Part shown: positions 1-7,600 of the stretch, one piece after another
How the letters are laid out: each line of letters opens with the position of its first letter
How positions within the stretch are numbered: position 1 is the stretch's first letter
Assembly (NCBI RefSeq): GCF_000020025.1
Contig: NC_010628.1
Location: 660,001-692,000, forward strand
DNA from: Nostoc punctiforme PCC 73102
GTDB lineage: Bacteria > Cyanobacteriota > Cyanobacteriia > Cyanobacteriales > Nostocaceae
Direction: 5' to 3'
Length of the DNA: 32,000 nucleotides
Program-made: the position numbers and the translations under genes
The notes under the pieces: generated by a model
The model's database searches: none
What the model saw: only the letters and a program-made list of their open reading frames with translations
Told to the model about the DNA's origin: nothing

Positions 1-33
1 TAAGTCTGACAACTTATCGCCTTATATAGCTTT

Positions 34-2601
34 ATGGATACTTCACTAGTTAGCTCTCAGACTGTTGAGCTATTGTCGCAGATTACCGGGCAAAAACTGA
101 CTCCAAAAAATCTCACGCCACCCGTTATTTTTCTGGCAAATTTAGTCACGGTGCTGCTGGGAGTGATATTTGTAGATGGCACAGTAGCAGAGTCAGAAAA
201 GCAACGTTTACTAACAACCCTTTATCGATTTAGTATTCCAGAAAGTGATGTGCGTAAGTTGACACATTTGATGATTAAGGGAGTCAAAGAAAATCAAGTT
301 TATAAGCAAGTTAATAATTTATTAGCATTGGCGGCTCCGCTTTCAGAATCAGAAAAGCTTTTGTTGATTAGCTTTGGCTATGAAATGTCAGCAGCAGATA
401 GCGAAATTGACACCCGCGAGAAAAAATATCTGGATATAGTCGCCAAACACTTAGGCATTAAACCACAACATTTAGTAGTTTTAGAGGCTGGTTTTACTCA
501 TCAAATAAATATAGAGCCTATTGCTTTAAATGAAGTACATTTTTTACTTAATCCTGCTCAATTTCAACAACTAGATATTATATTTATTAAGGCTGCAAGT
601 GATATGTTAGCCGCTCTACCTGCTAAATCAGAACACAAAATAACTAAACCGCACAGAAATCGATCTTACGGAGAATTGAAAAAGTTCCAAGAATATCGTA
701 AACAAGTAGATAATTGTTGTTATCAATTATTTCAGATAATTCAAGACTGTACCAATCGTGGCTTCTTGCCTCACACTTTGATAGAGGAAGTAGAGGAAAT
801 ATCTCAAAAAGTAAAATTTCAGCAATTTAGGTTAGCAGTTTTAGGCGAGTTTAGCCAAGGAAAATCAACCTTACTTAATGCCTTACTAGGTGAAGAGATT
901 CAACCTGTGAGAGAGATTCCTTGTAGTGGTATGGTAACAGTTTTAAAATATGGAACGCAAAAGCGGGTAGTCTGTCGTTATAAAGATGGGCGTGAAGAAG
1001 AAATTCCTTTTGAGCAATATCAACTAAAGGCAACAATTTCAGAAGATGCAGCACTTGGATGTCTGAGTGATGAACTAGCACACGATGAAATTGATGAAAT
1101 TGTTTTTGAGCATCCTGATTTAGAGTTATGTAGCAGTGGAGTGGAAATTATAGATTCCCCAGGATTAAACGAACACCCTGATCGCACCGCCATTACTCAA
1201 AAAGTCCTGAAGGATACGGATGCAGTGATATTCCTAACTAATGCCTCGCGTTCTCTAACTCAGCTAGAACGCGACTTACTCCAGGATGTGAGAACTCAAC
1301 TAAATCATGGTAAAGAAAATGAACCTGCTAACAATCTTTTTGTAGTAGGAAATTTTATAGATTTAGTGCGTACCGAAAAGGGACGTGAGCAAGTGCAACA
1401 GAGGATCGAAAGATTTGTAAAAGGTCAAAATCCTATAGTTACAGGTGAAAACCGCGTTCATTTTATTTCTGCTCAAGCTGCGCTGGATGCAATTTTACAG
1501 GGAACTGAAGATGACTATTTGAAAGACTTCCAAAATTTTACCCGGTCTATTGAGAAGTTTTTGACGTTTGATAGTGGAATAGTAAAAATTAAGCACTCTA
1601 TTAGTCAAATAAATAGAGTTGTCGAAAAAGGTTTAGATGGGCTTTATCAATCTCAAGATACTTTAGACAGAAAAATTCAAATTTCTGAAGCAGAAAAACA
1701 TAAAGTTTTAGAAAAAATAGGAGAAGCCAGTGGGCGCGATGTCAGAATCCGTATATTGGCAGATCAACTTATATACCTAGTATTTGAGCAAATTGCTGAA
1801 TCTTGGGATGAATGGCGTGAAGGATTAGGCGATCGCCTAGCTAACAAAAGTCAACGTTGGTATTCTGAACACAGTCCTGTTTTTAGCCAGGATAAACTCA
1901 TCAGAGATTATACAAATCAATTTATTCGAGATTTGTCAACAGAAATCGATGAATGGGGAAATACGAAACTTAAAGAGGTAATTTTACAAGAAAACCTTAA
2001 GCATTTAGATATTAGTATTGCTTATGAGCTAGATGCAATTCAAGGCGAATTTAACAGCCTAGACGAGAACATACAAACCAATTTTAGCAAACAACTAAAA
2101 ATTTCAATTAATGGTATAAATGATGACTTTACTGGTATGGGAGGATTTGGCGGTGGTGTTGGAATAGGTGGTGCTTTGGCAGCTGGATTAATAGTATTTA
2201 CAGGACTTGGTTTTATTGCCGTAATTGTTGCAAGTGTAGCTGCTGCAATTGCGGGTTCATTTGGTTTTGGGATGCTAGATTTTGATGGAATAAAAGACCA
2301 AATAAAAGGTAAAGTTTTTGAACTAGGATTTGAAAAATTCGATGAGTCAATGGATAAAATATCCGAAAAGTTAGATGAAATTGTTGGCTCAGTCTTTGAA
2401 AACCGAGTTAAATCATCCAGTAGAGTCATTGCAGAAGCGATAGCACTTTACGAAAACCTCCTAGAACAGCAAGAAAAAGTTCACAACGAAACTCTAGAAC
2501 AACGCGAGTCTGAAAAAATGTGGATTTACCAAAAGCGCCAAGAACTTGAGCAAATACACAATGAGCTAGAAGTCATTCTCAATAAATGCACTATTGTTTA
2601 A
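34..2601 (+). CDS. Dynamin-like GTPase (bacterial dynamin-like protein family) fused to an N-terminal TerB-like domain, with a C-terminal glycine-rich membrane hairpin
   Basis: 855-aa ORF starting at the first ATG after an in-frame TGA at 7-9. GTPase motifs: P-loop GEFSQGKSTLLNALLG, G3 IIDSPGLNE, G4-like VVGNFIDLV. The N-terminal ~150 aa has two helix pairs of the TerB type (VDGTVAESEKQRLLTTL and AADSEIDTREKKYLDIVAKHLGI). Residues ~700-750 (GMGGFGGGVGIGGALAAGLIVFTGLGFIAVIVASVAAAIAGSFGFGML) form a hydrophobic Gly-zipper segment, followed by a charged helical tail. Confidence 0.8.
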   Translation: MDTSLVSSQTVELLSQITGQKLTPKNLTPPVIFLANLVTVLLGVIFVDGTVAESEKQRLLTTLYRFSIPESDVRKLTHLMIKGVKENQVYKQVNNLLALAAPLSESEKLLLISFGYEMSAADSEIDTREKKYLDIVAKHLGIKPQHLVVLEAGFTHQINIEPIALNEVHFLLNPAQFQQLDIIFIKAASDMLAALPAKSEHKITKPHRNRSYGELKKFQEYRKQVDNCCYQLFQIIQDCTNRGFLPHTLIEEVEEISQKVKFQQFRLAVLGEFSQGKSTLLNALLGEEIQPVREIPCSGMVTVLKYGTQKRVVCRYKDGREEEIPFEQYQLKATISEDAALGCLSDELAHDEIDEIVFEHPDLELCSSGVEIIDSPGLNEHPDRTAITQKVLKDTDAVIFLTNASRSLTQLERDLLQDVRTQLNHGKENEPANNLFVVGNFIDLVRTEKGREQVQQRIERFVKGQNPIVTGENRVHFISAQAALDAILQGTEDDYLKDFQNFTRSIEKFLTFDSGIVKIKHSISQINRVVEKGLDGLYQSQDTLDRKIQISEAEKHKVLEKIGEASGRDVRIRILADQLIYLVFEQIAESWDEWREGLGDRLANKSQRWYSEHSPVFSQDKLIRDYTNQFIRDLSTEIDEWGNTKLKEVILQENLKHLDISIAYELDAIQGEFNSLDENIQTNFSKQLKISINGINDDFTGMGGFGGGVGIGGALAAGLIVFTGLGFIAVIVASVAAAIAGSFGFGMLDFDGIKDQIKGKVFELGFEKFDESMDKISEKLDEIVGSVFENRVKSSSRVIAEAIALYENLLEQQEKVHNETLEQRESEKMWIYQKRQELEQIHNELEVILNKCTIV

Positions 2602-2644
2602 CCGTTTTTTCAACTCATAGCTGCAAGCATCTTACTAAACAAAA

Positions 2645-2679
2645 ACATCTCCAAAAGCTGTCACACTTTTTGGAGATGT
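2645..2679. terminator. Hairpin between convergent genes, possibly a bidirectional intrinsic terminator
   Basis: ACATCTCCAAAA (2645-2656) pairs perfectly with TTTTGGAGATGT (2668-2679), giving a 12-bp stem and 11-nt loop. An A-run lies 5' and a T-run lies in the 3' arm. It sits between the stop codons at 2601 (+) and 2704 (-). Confidence 0.55.
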
Positions 2680-2703
2680 CTAATCAACTGCAATGATATT
2701 CAG

Positions 2704-4347
2704 TTACACGCTAATACTATTAGTCACAAGCCTTGGTTTGAGATAGTTGTAATTTATTAAACGACTCTTGTTATTCAACTCAATTTCCCGCTCTGCTTCA
2801 TTCAACTCCTGCTGGAATTTAGCTAAAACATCCTGAGCCTCTGGGTCTAAAAATTTATCATCGTAGTACCCTAATCTGTCATAACGGTAGGCCGACAGGA
2901 TAAATAAAATCGATAATTGGTCAGCAGTTTGCTTTGACGGTGGCAGAAATGATAATAGACTTTTACGGTCAGGAATAGTGCCTTCTGATGTCATTTGTTT
3001 ATAAGCAGCAAGAGGCATATTTGGCATGAAAGTCATATATTCATATTGTGAGTAGTTAACAGCAGCGTGTTGCGGCCCACAGGTGAAGATAACCGCAGTA
3101 GCAATATCAACTAATTGGTCTAATGTGTTGATGCGGTCGCTAATACCCTTGACTCGTCCGCCTGATTGGGAAACTAATTCCTGCACCCAACTTTGTAATT
3201 CCAAGTCTTCTGCTAAATCTTGGGGAGTTTTGTAGTATATCTGCAAGTATTCAGACACAAACTTTTTAATGGCATTCCACAATAATAAGCCATCGTCTCG
3301 ATAGGGATAGTGAGGTAAGTTGTCTGGATCATCCATACCCCGATTTTTTAGTTCAGTAGGTAAGGAAAACTGATCTAAGCTCCATTCTGTATATGCGTTA
3401 ACGACAATTTGCAATGACTCTTGCAGAGTTCCGGCTAGCAATTCGTCAACAGGCCCACCTCTACTAATTAGGCGCTTACGAGCCAAGTCATTATTAGCCA
3501 ACATGAAACGGAAGTGGGGTTTTAGCAGTAAGCTAAGGGGATGGTTCTCGGCTAGTTGACGGGCTGTGACAATAGCAAAGGGTTCCATAACAAAGTGAGT
3601 TCGACACAGATGGCTACTCATTTCATGATGGTTAGCATCAGCAATTTGAACACAAAGCTTGGCATGAAACCAGGTTAAAGGGTCATCGAAAGGTGTAATT
3701 AGCTGGCTCTGTTTGCCATCTGCGGGGTTGATTTGGATAACAATCGGTACTAGTTGACCGCGATCGCTAAAACCAGAACTGCGCCAACAAAAGAAAGCTA
3801 TAGGGGTTGGTAAAAACTTCTTACCTCTTTCATAACTACCTCCTTTAACAAACGCAAGCGCTCTGTAATCAGCTACATATAAATTTCCATTCGCAAGTTT
3901 TTCTACTAAGTTAATAGAGTCACCAAATTTTTCTTGCAATTCTAAAATGGTAAAGGCGAAGCCATCTGGCATCTGCTCAATTCGACGTAAAACAAAAGGA
4001 TTTGCCCCACAAAGCCGTTGCTCACAAAAAGAGTCATCACTTTGGTATGTTTTGATAATATTAGGTTTAGGCAAAACTGGAAAATAGTCTTCATAGTCTT
4101 GCAATTCATCTAAAGGGTCCCATAAAGAACGGGTTTTAACGGCTAACATATTTATAGGCAGTTCTGCTGTCTCTAATGTCCGTTCAGCAATATACTTAGT
4201 TGAAAAGTTTTCTATAGAAGGTACATTTTTTAGCATTGCCATAGGTACCAAAAAGTCGTAATCAAATTCATACTCCCCTTGATTTCTCTCTAGCAATATT
4301 TGACGTTTTGTAGGGTCAGGATCATTCTGAGGGAGGTATGGTTTCAT
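2704..4347 (-). CDS. Lipoxygenase, short 'mini-LOX' form lacking the N-terminal PLAT/beta-barrel domain
   Basis: The tracked ORF 2704..4362 opens with TTG. The first ATG (MKPYLPQNDP) is at 4347. Metal-ligand motifs are HHEMSSHLCRTHFVMEPF and PQHAAVNYSQYEY, and the C-terminus is ...VTNSISV. Length is ~547 aa, versus >650 aa for PLAT-containing LOX. Confidence 0.9.
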   Translation of the reverse strand: MKPYLPQNDPDPTKRQILLERNQGEYEFDYDFLVPMAMLKNVPSIENFSTKYIAERTLETAELPINMLAVKTRSLWDPLDELQDYEDYFPVLPKPNIIKTYQSDDSFCEQRLCGANPFVLRRIEQMPDGFAFTILELQEKFGDSINLVEKLANGNLYVADYRALAFVKGGSYERGKKFLPTPIAFFCWRSSGFSDRGQLVPIVIQINPADGKQSQLITPFDDPLTWFHAKLCVQIADANHHEMSSHLCRTHFVMEPFAIVTARQLAENHPLSLLLKPHFRFMLANNDLARKRLISRGGPVDELLAGTLQESLQIVVNAYTEWSLDQFSLPTELKNRGMDDPDNLPHYPYRDDGLLLWNAIKKFVSEYLQIYYKTPQDLAEDLELQSWVQELVSQSGGRVKGISDRINTLDQLVDIATAVIFTCGPQHAAVNYSQYEYMTFMPNMPLAAYKQMTSEGTIPDRKSLLSFLPPSKQTADQLSILFILSAYRYDRLGYYDDKFLDPEAQDVLAKFQQELNEAEREIELNNKSRLINYNYLKPRLVTNSISV

Positions 4348-4675
4348 AACTTTTTGTGTCAATTTAAGGTAAGAACAATAACAGGTAATTTTACCTCTAA
4401 AATCTGGATTTTAAATTTTCACATAAAATATTTAACAGCATTTATTTTTGTCTATCTGCAAACGGCAAAATCTATAGGTTTTAAACCGCTTACTATGAAT
4501 CAGGCTTACTTATTGCTGTTATGCAAAATATCCATATTTGTAAGATTTTTTCACTGATAGTCAAATTCTCATGGGGAAATTACGTCGTCAAGGGATTTGT
4601 AGAGACACTTGATACAGAAGGTGTGCGATCGCATCATAATAAAGAAATATTAAGCAGATTCTCAGAAAACTCTCA

Positions 4676-5353
4676 ATGAGCCAGACTACCTTAAATTTAG
4701 TTGCAATATCTATCTTTCTCATGACCCTATCGGTACTGCTGGGGCCATTCTTGAATTTATCGCCAGCAGTACCAGCACTTGCAACCTTCGCTATCTTAGG
4801 CATAGCTACATTAGATAGTTTTAGCTTGCAAGGCAAGGGTGGTACTATTTTTTTAGATTGGATTGCTGGTTTTTCAAGTGAACACCGCGATCGCATCGTC
4901 CACCACGAAGCAGGACATTTTTTGGTTGCTTACCTACTAGGGATTCCCGTTACCGGCTACACACTCAGCGCTTGGGAAGCCTGGAAACAGGGGCAACCTG
5001 GGCAAGGCGGTGTCAGCTTTGATGATGGCGAATTAGCTTCTCAATTAGAAGTGGGTAAAATCAGTGCCCAAATGCTAGACCGCTACTGTACTGTTTGGAT
5101 GGCGGGTATTGCTGCTGAAACCCTAGTTTTTGATAATGCTGAGGGTGGATCTGATGATAAAAGCAAACTGATTGGAGTCTTGACAGTTTTGGGCTTTTCT
5201 GAATCAGTTTATCAACAGAAACTGCGGTTTCATGCTCTCCAAGCAAAAACCCTACTACAAGAAAATTGGTCTAGTTACGAAGCTTTAGTTAATGCTATGC
5301 GACAACGTGCTTCGGTGGAAGATTGTCATGCTGAGTTAGGAGTGGGGGAGTAG
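4676..5353 (+). CDS. Membrane protein with an FtsH-type (M41-like) zinc-peptidase domain only, no AAA+ module
   Basis: 225 aa with an ATG start. Two N-terminal hydrophobic helices (LVAISIFLMTLSVLLGPFL and ALATFAILGIATL). HEXXH motif in VHHEAGHFLVAY. The downstream MAGIAAETLVFDNAEGGSDDKSKL resembles the FtsH GGRAAEE...G.NDL region. Confidence 0.7.
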   Translation: MSQTTLNLVAISIFLMTLSVLLGPFLNLSPAVPALATFAILGIATLDSFSLQGKGGTIFLDWIAGFSSEHRDRIVHHEAGHFLVAYLLGIPVTGYTLSAWEAWKQGQPGQGGVSFDDGELASQLEVGKISAQMLDRYCTVWMAGIAAETLVFDNAEGGSDDKSKLIGVLTVLGFSESVYQQKLRFHALQAKTLLQENWSSYEALVNAMRQRASVEDCHAELGVGE

Positions 5354-5371
5354 AGGAGTAAGGGAAGAATT

Positions 5372-5392
5372 AATGACAAGTGACAAATGACA
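5372..5392. repeat. STRR-like tandem heptamers (AATGACA AGTGACA AATGACA)
   Basis: Three consecutive 7-mers read directly, plus a degenerate fourth, between convergent stop codons at 5353 and 5395. Confidence 0.6.
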
Positions 5393-5394
5393 AA

Positions 5395-6417
5395 TTATGA
5401 AGAAACAACTTTCAAATGTGAAACATGAGATAGGTAGTTTGAGTGAATAACCCGATTACGCCCAGCATTTTTAGCCTGTAAGAGACATTGATCGGCACGA
5501 TTCAGCAGACTCTCTCCTTGTTCATCATCATCAGCTTGCAGACTAGCTGTGCCCAGACTAATGGTGATATTAATAGTTAGTTTATTACTGAGTGCAAATG
5601 GTTCATCGCTAACTACGCGATTAAGACGACGGGCTACTAATAGTGCTTCCTCATCGGTAGTGTTAGCCAGAAGAATCACAAATTCTTCGCCACCATAGCG
5701 GAATGCTGTGTCTTGACAGCGCAGATTGTGTCGCAAACGCTGACATAATATTTGCAAAATGCGATCGCCTACTAAATGCCCGTGAGTATCATTAACTTTC
5801 TTGAAATGATCTACATCCAGAATAATCAAACTCAGGGAAGTTTTTTGAGTTCTAGCTCTTTGAATTTGCCTGGGTAAGTCCCATTCTAAAGCACGACGAT
5901 TATTTAATTCTGTCAACGAATCGGCTAAGGCGATCGCAGATAACATATCATTTGTCCGAATCAAATCTCGATATTTTTGTGCTTTTCGCAAGCCAACAGT
6001 CAATTGAGCAAGTATTAATCCATGATTGGCAGTCAACTCTGCTAAATTATGGCCTGTTTTCTCATCAATAAGATGCCAAATATAAGCATCTGCTCCTTGC
6101 TTTAGGGCCGCAGCACTCATCTCTAATTCTCTATGCCAACCCTTATTTCTATCAGTAAGCTGTTGGAAACGATCCTCGAATAAAATACAATATATCCAAG
6201 ATAATTTTGTCTGCTCTTTCAACCAATTGCACAGTTCCATACTGCCATCCAAGCTAGCCTGCACAAGCATTATATCGGGGGGCGCTATTTTAATCCGCGA
6301 CACTGCTTGATTCAAATTGTCTATAACTTCTACACTAAAAGCAGCCGCATAACGGATCTGATCTGGAAGTGTGGCGATAAAATTATTTTTCCCAAAGATC
6401 AGAATAGAAATATTCAT
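5395..6417 (-). CDS. Diguanylate cyclase (GGDEF) with a degenerate N-terminal receiver-like domain
   Basis: 340 aa with an ATG start. Active site RYGGEEF, with an RxxD I-site (RCQD) five residues upstream. In the N-terminal REC-like fold the acidic pocket is replaced (ILIFGKNN instead of DD) and the phospho-acceptor position reads LVQ instead of LLD. Confidence 0.85.
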   Translation of the reverse strand: MNISILIFGKNNFIATLPDQIRYAAAFSVEVIDNLNQAVSRIKIAPPDIMLVQASLDGSMELCNWLKEQTKLSWIYCILFEDRFQQLTDRNKGWHRELEMSAAALKQGADAYIWHLIDEKTGHNLAELTANHGLILAQLTVGLRKAQKYRDLIRTNDMLSAIALADSLTELNNRRALEWDLPRQIQRARTQKTSLSLIILDVDHFKKVNDTHGHLVGDRILQILCQRLRHNLRCQDTAFRYGGEEFVILLANTTDEEALLVARRLNRVVSDEPFALSNKLTINITISLGTASLQADDDEQGESLLNRADQCLLQAKNAGRNRVIHSNYLSHVSHLKVVSS

Positions 6418-6823
6418 TGCTTTATTATTTATCCTATTTAAATTTTAAAGAGATTAAGTTGAGTAACTTACTACTATTCTTGCCTAATACTAAATATTAT
6501 CTTTTAGGCTGAGTTAGATTTCTGGTTATATACTTTTATTTACGCCGAATCTAGAATATTTTCTCAATTTTTATCTCCTTTCAAGGGTTTATATTTACTC
6601 CTAGCATTTCTGAAATATTCACTTCTGACAACTAATGTCTTCTTTACACTATGTTTTTCAAACAGTAAAAATACTGAATAATATTGAGACATATAAAAAC
6701 TATTCATGTGCTTTCTTAAGTGTTTTTTAACTGACTAAATTACGAAAATCAAGAGTTTGGAATAACCTCCACATTAGATAAATGAATTTCTTTTTACAAA
6801 GAAAAATAAAGAAATTATAAAGT

Positions 6824-6871
6824 TTTTAATTCAACGATCAAAATCTAAATTTTAATCGTTGAATTAAAAAT
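6824..6871. repeat. 48-bp AT-rich near-perfect palindrome of unknown function
   Basis: TTTTTAATTCAACGAT (6824-6839) is the exact reverse complement of ATCGTTGAATTAAAAA (6856-6871). The inner 16 nt also pair, apart from two mismatched positions. Confidence 0.9.
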
Positions 6872-7600
6872 GTTATTTTTCATAGGGGACTTCAGCCTTT
6901 TGGTTGATAACCTAGGCTTTAATCAAGTATTAAGGTAGGAGTGGAATTGCAAAAGCAATGCAAACTACATAGACAGCAAAGCTCCCTCCTGCTATGGACA
7001 GGAGCTTTCTGGCACTAACAAACTCTATAATTACAGAGCGAATTTGTCGGGCGAAAAATCCCCAAATTAAGTGAGACGTGAAACTTGGGTTCACAATGTG
7101 TTAGCAGGATAAACAAAATATCTCTGCCTACGCACTTTATCTGTCTTTCTTGATTTAACTCACATCTTTTGTTTAATTGATTGCAACATCATAAATTTCG
7201 AAAAAAGAAGCTAAATAAAAAGTTTGATGTCAAAACCTGCCCCTAATGTGGGTAAATCAGTGAAATTCCGCTCTTAGAAAAGTAAGCAATATTTGATACT
7301 TTCAGTTTTAGTGCCATTTGCTACCCTGGTATGGGAATTTTAAACTATTTCTTAAGGATTAATCTTAAAGACTAAAATTAAGATATCTAGGACGGGCGCA
7401 GATGCAGCACATCCTGCCAGAGCCAGATAATAGTCTAAAAGCATCCTCATCACTGCGTATAGCTCACAGACTTGTACAATTTGCTGGCGGTAATATGAAA
7501 CAAAATGCAAGAATATATAAAGCTATTTATGAAAATACACTTACCCAGTGCCGCTACGCCCAAGTCTAGAAGAGTCTAAAGTCTCAAGTTAAAAACACCT

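Noticed and set aside
2040-2429. 129-aa Pro/Ser/Ile-rich antisense ORF inside the dynamin-like gene
   Set aside because: It is the mirror image of the Gly-rich hydrophobic segment on the coding strand. This is the expected antisense artefact.
4300-4896. ORFs 4300..4557 (+) and 4588..4896 (-) in the LOX / M41-peptidase divergent region
   Set aside because: They overlap the real gene ends or the AT-rich promoter region, their products are hydrophobic or low-complexity without motifs, and they have no RBS.
7352-7450. 32-codon minus-strand micro-ORF MRMLLDYYLALAGCAASAP... with a lipobox-like LAGC
   Set aside because: It has no Shine-Dalgarno sequence, and its n/h-regions are too short for a signal peptide. 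It is indistinguishable from chance in a 1.2-kb gap.
6418-7600. Possible CRISPR array or degraded gene in the long intergenic region
   Set aside because: No regularly spaced direct repeats are present. Reading all six frames by eye gave no extended protein-like stretch.
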